From NCBI GenBank assembly GCA_008632985.1, contig QPGO01000002.1, positions 1 through 64,000 on the forward strand: a stretch of DNA of 64,000 nucleotides. The letters are read 5' to 3'. Source of the stretch: Psammoneis japonica. Its lineage: Eukaryota. This document shows, in pieces, positions 1 through 13,160 of the stretch. Both the position numbers and the translations under genes were made by a program. Position 1 is the stretch's first letter; each line of letters opens with the position of its first letter. The notes below the pieces were generated by a model. It was given only the letters and a program-made list of their open reading frames with translations. It was not told the DNA's origin and searched no databases.

Positions 1-1106
1 TCTCATCCAGGCAGACTTCTCCCAATTTTGGAGACCACAAAGACTGGCTAACCTGATGATGTGTCGTTGTGCACACCAACATCAAATCTGTGTGTGCCAG
101 TTTGATGGGAGGCAACAATCGGGAGGCGTGGAGTGCATGACATTGTGTTTGGCATCTGCAGACCAGTTGGTGCATCTTTGGTTGGCACAACTCAAATCAA
201 AAATGTCAGCAAAACCTGATGTCATGGTGTCCTCTGTTTTTTTTTTGACGACCAACACACGAGGGCAGACGGGTCAACAACTGCCAAGACAGACATTTCT
301 GTGTTGCATGATGTCTGCACTGTGCTCAAAGAACAAGCACAAACGAAAGTAGAGTCAAGCATGAAAAGCAAAAATTATGAGATTAAATTTTGCTCTGTGA
401 TTTTTGGTTTCTCTGAACAAGTTCTCAATGGCCCAAAGCTTCTGCGCTGTTTCCACAGACAAAAGGCCCTTGGGAGAATGTGTTTGTGACAACAGATTGT
501 CCCAATGACGTGCTCCAGTCCCAGGTGATGCACAAAACAACAACTGATTTTAAACATAAATTGTGCACCCTTTGGTGCAATTGTTCCATCTGCAAACGGG
601 CAAGCAACTCACACCGCACAGTGTTTTCCACTGTCCCTGTTTTCAACTTGTTGTTTGTCTGGTGTTTCTCATCCAGGCAGACTTCTCCTGATTTTGGAGA
701 CCACAAAGACTGGCCAACTTGATGATGTGTCTTTGCGCATGCCAACATTAAATCTTTGTGTGTCAGTTTGACGGAGGCAACAATTGGCAGGAAATGCATT
801 GGGAGGCATGGAGTGCAAGATCTTGTGTTTGGCATCTGCAAACCAGTTGGTGCATCTTTGGCTGGCACAACTCAAATCAAAAACTTCAGCAAAACCTGAT
901 TGCATGGTGTCCTCTGTCTTTTTCCACAACCAACACACAAGGGCAGAAGGAAACCGACATCCAAAAAATCAACTGATTGGCCAAACAATCCCTCTCTGGG
1001 GTGTTGGTGATGCAGGTCCTGACGTCTGCCACCACTTGCATCATTTGTTGAGATGCAGCATCCAGCGCTGGCAGAATGACACCTTCTTGCAGGCGCTTGA
1101 TCTTGT

Positions 1107-1758
1107 GATGCGTTCCAGGTCTGGGTGGGACCTCGCACTGCTGAACTGTGACATCGACAGTTTTTTGAATCACGTCGCATGTCGTGCACGTAGATTTCTG
1201 CGTGATTTTTCGATGTTTTGTGTCATTTTACGGTGCACTTGTTGAGCGATCCGTCCAACAACTTTTGACATGTTTTGTTCCAGCGCAATTCTACAATGTC
1301 TTGAGAATCGTGCAGGGCAGGCACCTTTGCAAAAACGTTGAGTGGCAAGAGGCACAATTGCACCACAAACTTGGCCGTTTGTTTGATGTTGAAGATGAGC
1401 GTGTGGCCTGTTCCAGCTCCAGGTGCTCTGCGCGGGTTCGATTCCCATCATTTGGAAATTTGTGCATTCAGCGCAATTGACTTTTTCCAAATCCGTTTTT
1501 TGCCAAACTGAAGGGCAAGTGCACACTTTACATGCATTTTCGGGTGCACACTCACCTTTCGATTTTCGAAACGATCAAAACCGAAGGAGTCAATTGCGCC
1601 AAACTGCACAGAAAATCGGCCTCTCGCGTGATGAAAAGCAGATCACCTGGAGCTGGAACAGGCCATGTGCATCAATTAAATCTCGCACTGCAGAGCTTGC
1701 ACGCAGAATTCTGCGGGCCCAATGTCACACGGAGTCCCACCTGGGGCTGGAACGCGTC
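1107..1758 (+). mobile_element. Non-autonomous TIR element, family A (4-bp TSD)
   Basis: Termini GATGCGTTCCAGGTCTGGGTGGGAC ... GTCCCACCTGGGGCTGGAACGCGTC; TSD TTGT at 1103-1106 and 1759-1762. Confidence 0.9.
1405..1664. mobile_element. Small MITE nested in family A, related TIR
   Basis: Perfect 21-bp TIR GGCCTGTTCCAGCTCCAGGTG; flanks GTGT/ATGT (4-bp TSD, one transition); absent from other A copies. Confidence 0.9.
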
Positions 1759-2116
1759 TTGTGCTCAAGTTCTCCAAGGGCTGGACAGTGATTGGCCCCT
1801 TTGTTGCCCAGAGCAATGATGAATTTGTTGCCAAATTCACCATGTTTGCATTCCGACAAGTCTCCTGCCACTGACGGAGTGAAGGCCTCATGCAGTGCCC
1901 AAGTTCCGTCAACAACATTCTTTGCTGTGATGCTGAAAGCTGCGTCAAAGTCATCGGAGAAAACGTCTGTCCTGGCAACAAACAAGGGCAATCTGCAATG
2001 GCCATCCTGGCATTGCAGGTTGCCCCAAATCTTGATGGCATTGACAACCACTTTCCTTTTTTGTCCGGCTTTGATGCATGGGTGACAAGTGTGTCCCCAT
2101 CCACAAACAAATCAGG

Positions 2117-3380
2117 GGCGGGTTCCAGCCCCAGGTGATGCACAAAACAACAGTCAATTTTGAGTGCAACTTGTGTGTTTTTTAGTGCATGCGGCATTTT
2201 CCCACAAAATGCTTGGATGGATTGACTTTCATGGGCCACCGGAGCATGAACATTTGAACAATTTTTGAGGGGCAGTCAAGTCCTCATGGATGTGTTCCAG
2301 CTCCAGGTGGGACCTTGCACTGCTGAGCTGTGACATCAACAGTTTTTTGGATCGCGTCGCATGTCGCGCACGTGCATTTCAACGTGCAACATTCTACAAA
2401 ATTGTTTCATGCTCCCTGTTTTGCAAAGCCAAGGGCTCTCCATTTTCAACATTTGTGAAAATGAAAATGGGCTGGGTGTGTTTTTTGATGTCTGAAGAAC
2501 ACACCCGGGCAAACCATCAATGATGCACTCCAAGTGTGAAGGAGGAGACACATTCGCAAAATTGCCCATTTTTCTGTTGGTGATCATTCACATTCTCATT
2601 GCAGCACAAATTTGCTGCGGAGCTCACACACAGAATTGTGCGGGCCCAATGTCACAATTCTTGGCCATCATGGTGGCATTTGTTCATTTCTGTGTGCGAC
2701 ATTCTACAAAATTGTTTCATGCTCCCTGTTTTGCAAAGCCAAAGGCTTTCTGTTTTCAACATTTGTGAAAATGAAAATGGGCTGGGTGTGTTCTTTAATG
2801 TCTGAAGAACACACCCGGGAAACCATCAATGATGCACTCCAAGTGTGAAGGAGGAGACACATTCACAAAATTGCCCATTTTGCTGTTGGTGATCTTTCAC
2901 ATTCTCATTGCAGCACAAATTTGCTGCAGAGCTTGCACGCAGAATTGTGCGGGCCCAATGTCACGTGGAGTCCCACCTGGGACTGAAACCCATCCATGGG
3001 ACATGCATCATGAACTTCCTTGGCAGACTCAATGCTGATTGTGCGTCATCACATTTTACACTGATGTTTTTTTAGGCAGAAAGCCTGCCAAGTGGCATCA
3101 CAGAAAGATGTGTTTGGGTGACATCCAAACAACGGCAATGTTTTTGCCAAAAATCATCCGTTGTGTCACAAGTCTTTCAGTGCAATGAAAAACACAGATG
3201 GCACAATGACAATGATGTTGCAACACTCACACGAGTCTTGTCAGTGTTGGAAAACATTTGTGTTTGTGTGGAATCTACACTTTTGGTGGTGAAAGTTGGA
3301 TCGTGAGTTGTGGGCCACGCAAAAATTGTGCAAATGTTGTTTTTGTGCATGATTTGGTTCAAGCGCGGCTGGAACACATC
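2117..3380 (+). mobile_element. Non-autonomous TIR element, family B, carrying an A' insertion
   Basis: Left GGCGGGTTCCAGCCCCAGGTGATG, right GCGGCTGGAACACATC; TSD CAGG/TGGG; an uninterrupted B copy lies at 27675-28229. Confidence 0.85.
2289..2994 (+). mobile_element. Family A' TIR element (A termini, different interior), internally duplicated
   Basis: A-type TIRs, TSD CATG (2285-2288, 2995-2998); 2385-2655 repeats at 2687-2965, separated by ~30 bp matching the copia LTR 3' end. Confidence 0.85.
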
Positions 3381-4372
3381 TGGGAGCTGAGGCGACATTC
3401 TCGACCCTGCTGCTGACAGCAAAAAAATGCTTTGCACAATGAATCAAGGAGCAATGGGAGTGCTTGTGGAAACCTTGACCAATTGTTTTGACATTGGGCT
3501 GTGGGGCCATTTGGTTTGGAGACTTTGCTCCATTTGTGCAGCAGGCTTTTAGGGTGGATGCCTTCTTTGGCTGATTTTCTAAAACAACTTTGAAGGACGT
3601 GATGCTGCCTTGAATGAAGCAAGGGAAATGTGAGTTGAAAGAAACAAGGGAAAAGTGAGTTGATCATGTTTTTGCTTGCTGACTGCACTCATCACAAATG
3701 CCAAAAAAGGAGGGAAAATCTGATGTCAATTTTCTGACTTGATGATTGATGAAGAATCTGACACCACGGCATGGTGACATGCAACGTCAATGCGCATGAA
3801 GTGTGCGGGTTTTTCAAATCACCATTGTGCTCCAAATGGTTGCAAGCATTGACAGTTCAAAAACAAACATTGAAAAAATTGGAGAATGGACATCAACAGA
3901 ATTCAAAAGTCAATCGACAACTGCCAAGACAGACATTTCTGCGTTGCATGATGTCAACCGTGAAAACAATGAAAATGAGCAATCGGCTGATGAAGAGCTT
4001 TTACAAAATGGGTTTCCTCACCCACGTTGGACACCTTGCTGTTGCTCCCACAAGAAGAAACAACACAAGTCTGTCAACAGCCACAGCTGTGTTGAGGGAT
4101 GCCAACAAGAACTTCCGGCATGACAACACAAGGCGTGAAGAGATCCAGTGGAGAAAAAGAGAATCAAAGTGCAACATTGCAGTTTGACCACAACGACATC
4201 TAAAGCCACTTGGCATTGAAGGATCACATCACTCATCTGATCAAGAAACACCTGGGGGCAAACTCGACCAAGGTTGCTGCCCAGACACACAGGGACTCCA
4301 TCAAGAAGAAACACAACTTCTTCATGAAGTGCGTGAAGAAGGGTGCCACAGACAACACAAAGGCAGCATTGT

Positions 4373-5262
4373 NNNNNNNNNNNNNNNNNNNNNNNNNNNN
4401 NNNNNNNNNNNNNNNNNNNNNNNNNNNNNNNNNNNNNNNNNNNNNNNNNNNNNNNNNNNNNNNNNNNNNNNNNNNNNNNNNNNNNNNNNNNNNNNNNNNN
4501 NNNNNNNNNNNNNNNNNNNNNNNNNNNNNNNNNNNNNNNNNNNNNNNNNNNNNNNNNNNNNNNNNNNNNNNNNNNNNNNNNNNNNNNNNNNNNNNNNNNN
4601 NNNNNNNNNNNNNNNNNNNNNNNNNNNNNNNNNNNNNNNNNNNNNNNNNNNNNNNNNNNNNNNNNNNNNNNNNNNNNNNNNNNNNNNNNNNNNNNNNNNN
4701 NNNNNNNNNNNNNNNNNNNNNNNNNNNNNNNNNNNNNNNNNNNNNNNNNNNNNNNNNNNNNNNNNNNNNNNNNNNNNNNNNNNNNNNNNNNNNNNNNNNN
4801 NNNNNNNNNNNNNNNNNNNNNNNNNNNNNNNNNNNNNNNNNNNNNNNNNNNNNNNNNNNNNNNNNNNNNNNNNNNNNNNNNNNNNNNNNNNNNNNNNNNN
4901 NNNNNNNNNNNNNNNNNNNNNNNNNNNNNNNNNNNNNNNNNNNNNNNNNNNNNNNNNNNNNNNNNNNNNNNNNNNNNNNNNNNNNNNNNNNNNNNNNNNN
5001 NNNNNNNNNNNNNNNNNNNNNNNNNNNNNNNNNNNNNNNNNNNNNNNNNNNNNNNNNNNNNNNNNNNNNNNNNNNNNNNNNNNNNNNNNNNNNNNNNNNN
5101 NNNNNNNNNNNNNNNNNNNNNNNNNNNNNNNNNNNNNNNNNNNNNNNNNNNNNNNNNNNNNNNNNNNNNNNNNNNNNNNNNNNNNNNNNNNNNNNNNNNN
5201 NNNNNNNNNNNNNNNNNNNNNNNNNNNNNNNNNNNNNNNNNNNNNNNNNNNNNNNNNNNNNN
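4373..5262. other. Assembly gap (890 N)
   Basis: Run of N. Confidence 1.
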
Positions 5263-6190
5263 ACAATGACCTGCCATGCCAGGGTTTGCTTCAAGATGCT
5301 GAAAGTGCCAACAAGCTGATGGAGCAGCAAAAGAGCATTGTGCTCTCAAACAGGCAGCCAAGAATGAAAGGACAACGTTGATGAATGCTGAGCAGGAAAA
5401 CAGACAAGTGGAGTTGGAGGAAGAATTGACGACTGTGGAGGAAACAGAAAAAGACATTTGTTTGGAAGAAGACAAGGAGTGCATGTCACTGGACACTTGC
5501 TCAGCAAAGAAGAGCTTGAGCAACCTCATCAAGCATGCCCTGTTGAGCCAGACTGCAGTGGCTGCTCCTGGTGCATTGCCATCAAGAAATGATTCAACCA
5601 GTGCATCATGGAAGGCACAATCCCAGGACTTGCAAGACAGAGAAAGGAGAAGGAAAGAAGGAAGAAAACAAACAACAGGAAAAGGGAGGTGTTGGCAAAC
5701 AAGAAAAGAGCCCAAAAAACAAGCAGAAGAAATCGAAGGTGACGACATCAGCCAAGCCTGGAAAGAGCAAGAAGGCCAATGACAAATGGCTGGAAGAGTG
5801 CAGTGCAGATGATGCAGCTGGGGTTGCCGAGAATGCACCAAGCAAGGAAGAAACACTGCCAGAGGATCAGTGCATTGTCGACAATTTGATGAGTCACAAG
5901 AAGTGCAACAAGACATGACACGTCCTTTGGTTGACCAGAGAAAAGTCATGGGAGCCGGAGGAAAACATTGACAAGGAATTGGTGAAAGCTCGTTGGAAAA
6001 GGGTGGAAGACAAAAAGGCAAAGATGGTTTTGTTGGATGAAATGGAGGAGTTGGAATGCTGTCTGTGCGGGTGACGGGCAAGCAATGGAGTGTCTTGCAA
6101 CAAATGTGGTCGAATTTCCCACAGGACATGATCATCCAGGATGGGTGATGATCAGCTCCTGTGCTTTGGTTGTTGCAGACACACAGAACA
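5263..6190 (+). pseudogene. Decayed gene: charged linker, chromodomain-like region and PHD-like Cys/His finger (paralog 24780-25680)
   Basis: IVDNLMSHKK..HVLWLTREKSWEPEENID (chromodomain W-E-P-E-E-N motif), then CCLCG..CNKCGRISH.TC..LLCFGC; frameshifts and stops. Confidence 0.6.
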
Positions 6191-6884
6191 GCAGAACCTG
6201 AAAAGCAGTGCAACATGCAAGGAACATGATCACACCCCACTGTTGCAGCTCTCTTTGTGTGAGACGTTGTGGGAGCCTTTTGTTTTGAACTGCAGTGAAA
6301 GACTGAATGGGGCAAAAATGACCAGAGACAGGGTCATTTGTGCAATGAAAAAAAAAGGGCAGTGCAGAGTGGCACACTGCATTCCTTGTGGTGACAAAAC
6401 CTTGCTGAAAGAGGGACACCAGGGAAAAAGACAGGAGACACAGTCCTGATTTCACATGGCTGCGGCGATGGTTGAATGTTTGTTTGTGCACACAAAAGCA
6501 GCTTGTTTGACAGCGACTGTTGACTGTGTGGTGCCCGGTGCAAAGGAGCAGTTGTTGCAGTGCTTGATCAAAAATGCTGCACAGCAGTTGTTGCTGGATG
6601 GCAAAACAGTGGAGCTGTTTCTCTCTGCTGTCCATGCATGTGAGAAAACACACACATGTGACATTGTGCAACGTCACATTGAGACCCGGGAAATGGGGGT
6701 TCGAGTCTCAGTGGAAAACCCACAGTCACCTGATCAAGCCAGATCAGCTCATTGTGGAGGAAAGAAAACTGATGTCACATTGTGACTTCGCTCTGTTGTG
6801 CAGATGCAATCTGACATTGCAAGATGATGTGTGCATCACATGAACAAAGAATGTTGGGCATTGAATTGTGACATCATGGGGCAA

Positions 6885-8371
6885 CAAAACAAAACCAAAC
6901 TTCCACATTTAAAGTGCTGCTGCGCTTCCACCCTGCAGCCCCGGCAACAAGCTAACCCACACCCCCAGTGCACTAAAGTGCGGCAGGAGCACATGACAAT
7001 CAACCAGAATCGGCGCCACCCACAGGTGACACCGCTCCAAAGCAACTTGCGACAGCTCTTGTTCCACATGCAGCTGAGCGCTTGGCCTCTTTCATGCTTG
7101 ACTTGAACACAGGTTTGACCATGGCTGGCCAGCTTCGAGTGCGATGAGTGGAATGAGCAAGGTGTTCATCCACTGAGTCGAGCAGTTGTGCCCCATCCTT
7201 CATGAGACATTCATCTGATTTTGAATGAACAGCCCGAATCTCTGCTTCAGCATCTCTCCGCTGAGATGACTTCCTGGTCTCTGAGTCGTGACCGTGTGCA
7301 TCATCATTGTGGGAATCCCACAGCTCCCACCATTGCTCCCAAATGCAGTTGCCAACAGTTGCTGCCCAATCCGCACACTTCTCTTCATCCCAAAGATCCT
7401 GACACAATCCGCTGGACAGGAGGCAAGCACGTTGAGTTGCACTCCACTCGCGAGAAAGCCGATGGCCTCCTGGAACGGAATGATGCCACTGCACTCCTGT
7501 GAAGACCGTTGGCATGCATCGTTTCCTCTCGAACCAAGACTCGACAGATGAAAGGATCAAGTCATGGATGGATGGTGATGTGTGAATGTCGTCGCACTTT
7601 TTCCGCAGGCCTTGCAAAAACTTTCTGTGCCAATCTTCGTCATGAGGACATCGCAGGACATGATTGCAGTCTTCCATGGGGTGCTGGCAATGAACGCAAC
7701 AGTCGGGTTGCACCGGATTGTGCCGATGTGCGATCTTGTCAGTGGGAAGCAAGTCCTGGACCAACTTGACCGTGCTCACCTTTCGTTGAATGTCACGTGA
7801 CATCAACTTGGGGTGCACTTTCCAATCGATGGATTCGCAAACCATGTCGGACCACCCAGTGCTTGTGATGAGCGCAGGATTGGATGCCTCGAATCGGAGA
7901 ACGAACTTGAATTTTGATGTCATGGTCGCATTTTGAATGACTGAATTTGCCATGCAATGGGGTGTCCGAGGAGCCGCTGGTGCGTGTCCTGAGTGTTGTC
8001 TGTGGAATCGACCAGCTGGAATGTCCGCCCGCACACTCAATTTGGCTGGCAACGAGAGTGATTTGACCGGGACGTCATCATCTTGGTGCCCTTTGATTCA
8101 ATGGAAATCGACAAAAGATCCGGATGACTCCCCAACAGAACAGCTCAAAATGGCATGAGTTGTCTGGCAGATTTCGTGCAAAAGACCCCACTCTGCTGAC
8201 AAAGTGCTGGCCACGTGATGTCGTTGGTGGCAGTCACAGACACAATTCGATTCATCCAAATCGTCTGGCAAGGGAGGAGCTGCTGCAAATTTGACAATGT
8301 TCCAAGTTGAGGAAGAGTTGTCGCAATGGAGATCGAACCCGAGCAAGAAAATTGATTGGCAATGTTTTTTT
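6885..8371 (-). mobile_element. 3' fragment of non-LTR retrotransposon (RNase H end and zinc knuckle), same family as 38331-47984
   Basis: SAEWGLL..VDFH.IKGHQD..AKLSVRADIPAG and CCVHCQHPMEDCNHVLRCP; aligns to 38331-39845. Confidence 0.85.
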
Positions 8372-8414
8372 CAGGTCAAGGGTGGTGCCCCAACATGGAG
8401 ACACCCTGAGATGT

Positions 8415-9002
8415 TGCAACTGTGACAGACAAGAGGCCTTTTGGAGAACAAGATCATGGCAACAGATTGCCCGGATGTGGCTGACATTGACACACAAGAT
8501 GTCAACATCGTCGCACAATTGCACTTGCCATTTTTGACATCTGATCATTTCTGTGTGATTGACATGTCCTTCGTAAAAACCCACAATTGACGCATGATTG
8601 AAGCACAAATTTGTTTGACATCTCCACACATTCACACACAATGTGCGCAACAACAAATGCTGCATTTGCAAACCCCAAACTGCACAACAGAGTCAGTTGT
8701 TGAACGGCACAATCCGACGGACATTGACGGCATCAATGACATCACCGCGCATGATCTGCACTGCGCCGTTGGTGTTTGCCATTGCCACTGCATGCGGTCT
8801 AACATGGGGCTGTTCTGGTTTCCGCGAGTCTTTCTCAAGCAGTGTCTTTTCTCCAGCTCTGTGTGTGCAAGGAGTGCGTCGAGCATTCTCTTGAGCATCA
8901 ACTTCATTTGTGAATTTTGCTTTTTGCTGCTGGATGAATTTCCAGTCTGTGACATGTTGGACGTCAAATGTCATGTCTCTGTGAAAGAAAAATTGTCCAG
9001 GT
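8415..9002 (-). mobile_element. Ty3/gypsy integrase C-terminus and partial 3' LTR
   Basis: DWKFIQQQK...NGAVQIMRGDVIDAVNVRRIVPF, stop at 8693; homologous to 9740-10315. Confidence 0.8.
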
Positions 9003-9595
9003 GATCATCCATCATCCCTCACAAGCCATCCACCATCAATCATCCATCATCCACCATCCATCATCCGCCATCCACCATTCACCAACCATGATCCATCAGC
9101 CGGCCATCCATCACCCATCATCCAAAAATTTTCATCCACCAGCCATCATCCACCATCCATCATCCATCATCCATCATCCGCCACCCGCCACCCGCCATCC
9201 ACCATCCATCATCTGCCATCCATCATCCATCAGCCGCCATTCATCATCCACCACCCATCATCCACCATCCATCAACTTCCATCCATCGTCAATCAACCGC
9301 CATCCATCAACTTCCATCCATCATCCATCATCTGCAATCCATTGTCTGCCATCCGCCATCCATCAACCACCATCCACTGTCCATCATCCACCATCCACCA
9401 CCCATCATCCAGGATCCAGGATGACAGATGGAAGCTGATGGGTGGTGGATGATGCATGGCGGATGATGGACAGTGGATGGTGGATGATTGATGATGGCTG
9501 GTGGATGGTGGCTGGTTGATGATGGATGGTGGATGATGGACAATGGATGATGGCTGGTGGATGGCGGTTGGTGGATGATGGTGGGTGGTGGATGA
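9003..9595. repeat. Heptamer-based array (CCATCCA/CCATCCG)n, then the same repeat inverted
   Basis: CCAT-rich 9003-9410, ATGG-rich ~9418-9595. Confidence 0.95.
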
Positions 9596-9596
9596 T

Positions 9597-12500
9597 GTGC
9601 GCTGTGCTTGAAGAATGAGCACAAACAAAAGCAGAGCCAAGTGTGAAAAGTGAAGATTGTGAGATTTGTTTCTGCTCAATCATTTTGGGTTTCTCCAAAT
9701 GGGTTCTCAATGGCCTGAAGCATTTGCGCTGTTCTCACAGACAAGAGACTTTTCGGAGAATGAGATCATGACAGCAGATTGTCCCGATGTGATTGACATT
9801 GACACACAAGACGTCAACATCATTGCACGATTGTGTTTGCCATTTTCGACATCTGGTCATTTCTGTGTGATTGACATGTCCTTTGTACGAACCCACAATT
9901 GTTGCACGATTGAAGCACAAATGTTTTTAACATCTCCACACATGCACACACAATGTGCGCAACAACGCACGCTGCATTTGCCCCCCCAATTGCACACTAG
10001 AGTCAGTTGTTGAATGGCACAATCCAACCGACATTGACAGCGTCAATGACCTCACTGTGTTTGATCTGCACTGTGCCATTGGTGTGTGCCATTGTCATTG
10101 CATGTGGTCCAACATGGGGCTGCTCTAGTTTCTGTGAGTCTTTCTCAAGCAGTGTCTTTTCTCCTGCTCTGTGCGTGCAAGGAGTGTGTCAAGCACTCTC
10201 TTGAGCATCATTTTCATTTGTGATTTTTGGTTTTCGCTGCTGGATGAATTTCCAGTCTGTGACTTGTTGGACGTTAAATGTCACATCTCTGTTGAAGACC
10301 AATTGTCCAGGTGTGGCTTGCACAGCAGTTTGACATGCAGAACGTGCTGCAAGTGCCGCTGCTGATGACATTTCAGCAAAAGGATCCTCAGCATTCAGAG
10401 GTGCATGTTGCAAATCAAGTGTGCAGATCATGTTTCCCAGCACTTGATGTGTGCATTCAACAACTGCGTTTGCTTGTGGATTTTGTGTGGTTGTGGGCTT
10501 GACTTCAATGCCACAATCATCTTGAGCCATGTCTTTAAATTGGTGTCTGATGAGCTCACTTCCACAGTCACAAGTGATCAACTGTGGCCAAGGACATCTG
10601 CTTGACCATGTCTGTTCTAACAGTCCAGCCACAGTTGTGGATTCCTCACTTGAAATTTCCACAACTTCAAGCCATCCGGTTGCTGGATCAATCATTGTTG
10701 AACACTTCAAGACTGGGGGTTTCTTCTTTCCCTTGCAACGCATCTTGCATGGCACAACAAGGTCCACACACAGTCATTCCCATGGCATGGATTCTGCACA
10801 CTCAGGAGGCAAATGTCCACATTTCTTGTGTTTCTTTTTGAATTTCTGGCACGCCTCACATCTCGACATGAATTTTTGCATGTCTTCACACAAGGTGGAC
10901 CACCGTGAGTGTTGTGAGATTGTTTCTTCTGTTTGATTTGTGCCAGGGTGAAGAAGGTGTGCATGACGCCAATCAATCACTGCCTTTTGCAACCTCTTTG
11001 GAACAACAATTTTATCCTCATGACACATGAGCAACCGGTCTTGCATGAAATGTCTTGTTGGACAATTTGGAGAGAATGTCTTTGCCCCATTTTTGTCCAG
11101 TGTCAAGAACTTCATGGTTTGATGGAAAGACACTGTTGCAGGATTTTGGCAGGACCTTTTCAGCCAACTCTTCTGTGCTGAGGTTTTCCATGGGTTCTGT
11201 TTTTTTTCACAGCAAGTTGGCTAACTGCATCTGCGAACATGTCATTTCAAGACTGCACTCTTCTGTCATCAGACGCCAATGCATGACTCTGTCCATTGTG
11301 AAATTTTTGTGTGCGAGATTTTTGTGGTCCGCGTGTGTGTTCATCTGTTGGCCAAACAGCACATTTCGGAACTCTTTTGATGTCTCCACCATGGACAACA
11401 GCTTTTTTCCCATTGTGGCATGATGCGTCTGCGCTCCACTCAGCTTGCGGCTGTGGGGGGCAATCAGTTGGTTTTTCTGTGTGACAACCGCCCCCAGCTG
11501 AGAATTGCTTGCATCGGCACATGTCTCAGAGGGTGCATTGAAATTCGGATGTGACAACAGCATGTCTTTGGAGATGACGCACTTCATGTTTTCAAATGCT
11601 TTTTGTTCTGTTTTGGTCCACTGCCACTTTGCTTTGGTTGAAGCAAGTTTGGCCAAAGGAGCTAGAACATGAGATTGTCGAGGCCACATGTCTTGATGGC
11701 AAATGATCGTGCCGACAAAGCGCTGCAATTCTTTGCAGGTTTTGCAAGTTTCAGTCACGTGAATCACTTCTGCTTTTTTTGCAATGGGGCTGATGCCATT
11801 GCAGGTGACAAGAAAGCCCAGATGGTCCACTTGGGGTTTAGCGAAAAAAGACTTTTCGGCATTGACCTTCAGCCCAGCTTGTTCAAGGCACAGAATCACC
11901 GTCTCAAGCTTCGTGAGGTGGTCTTGGAAATCACCTTTTGCGAGGCACAGTGCATCGTCAATGCAAGTCCTGACGAACTCAAGACCTGCCATGAGCTCAC
12001 TCACGTGCTCTTGGAAAATGTCTGGAGCTCCACAGATTCTCGCAGGGAGTCTGCAGCAGTCATGTTTGCCCCAAGGCATGACAATCATGCACAAACAACG
12101 TGCGCGCGGCATTGATTTGATGTGACAGCATCCCACAATTAAATCATGGGATGTTGTGTGTGCGAAACCTCCAAGTTTCTGTGGCACATCCTGAACATTT
12201 GGCAGAGGAAACGGCGCACGTGTTGGCCTCTTGTTCAGCTCACAAAAGTTGGATGAAAACCAAACTTGACCATTTTTCTTTGGTTGAACAAAAAATTGGA
12301 GCTGCCCATTCAGAACAATTCAGTTTTCTCAAGACCTTCATTTTGCACAGTCTTTCAACCTCCTTTCAAACAGACGCCTCCAAGTGTCACATCATTGAGG
12401 TCAGCAGTGTGACAATCTGAGTCAAGGCCTGCTGGATTGGCGTGAATCACTTTGGCCCTTTTCCCAGGCTTCCTCATGTCCAGCAATGTGCAAGACTCCT

Positions 12501-13160
12501 CTTGCGGTGCAAGTCATTCGTCATTGTTGCTGTGCGTCAATTTTTCAAATTGACAGTTCTCCTCATCAAGGGTGTCAGAGTTGCAATCCTTGCTCTTGCA
12601 CTTCTCATCCTTGTTTGAGGAACTTGCCTTGAGCATTTTTTGAACTGCCTGGACTGCCGCGGCATTCAACTCTTCCTTGCAAGAGGCATTTTCATTGTCG
12701 CGAAGTGACCACGTGCATTTGCCATTTGAACGGCACCGTTTTGGATCACGCCAAATGTTTCCACAGCGTTCTTTTGACAGTTTTGTGATCAACCAGCATT
12801 TGTCCATGTTGTGAGTGGATTTTTCACATGATGCGCACCACTTGTTGGACTGAGAATTTTCGGCGCCATGTTGGTGACCATTTTTGGAACCAAGTTTGGA
12901 GCCATTCTTGGCTTTCAATCCAGCACTGCTGCTGGGATCAGCCTTGACATGAGCGCTGTCAAATGTGTCCTCTGCAACCTCTGGGTGCTCCAAAAACTCA
13001 ACCAACTCATTGCAGGCATGTTCCAAAATTTTGAAACCTTGGGCGGTTGACTGACGCTGCCACTTTTGAGGTGCAAGATCAAAGAGGATGTCCTTGAGCT
13101 TTTCCACCTCAATCTTGTGATTCTCCTCAAAGGGAGGACAGAGCTTGAAGTCTTTGTTGA
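9597..13160 (-). mobile_element. Decayed Ty3/gypsy: gag (13160-12514), RT/RNase H (~12360-11230), integrase (~11050-10003), PPT (~9980), 3' LTR (~9976-9597)
   Basis: Gag CxxCx4Hx4C ([15 protein letters not shown]); RT PWGKHDCCRLP, VRTCIDD; RNase H ADASNSQLGAV, DHKNL; integrase HLLHPG..CEACQK, DCGSE, NPQANAVVE. Protease region deleted. Confidence 0.93.

Larger units (their letters stand above)
953..2112 (-). pseudogene. Decayed DNA-transposase fragment (CMC/CACTA/Plavaka-like), split by MITE 1107-1758
   Basis: With the MITE removed the minus strand reads ...FIIALGNKGANHCPALGELEHK|IKRLQEGV...VVADVRTCITNTPER, resembling the 'xxDxPxR' core of tnp2/Plavaka-type transposases. Recognised by eye only. 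Confidence 0.5.
1..10840. repeat. Segmental duplication, copy 1 (paralog ~15070-29835)
   Basis: Collinear blocks: 1-870~15070-16310, 1910-2085~16311-16451, 2137-4330~16830-17074+23041-24490, 5263-6880~24780-26365, 8372-8600~26366-27345, 9596-10838~28586-29833. The copies differ by insertions, deletions and transitions. Confidence 0.85.

Noticed and set aside
4018..6315. ORFs spanning the N run
   Set aside because: Gap artefacts.
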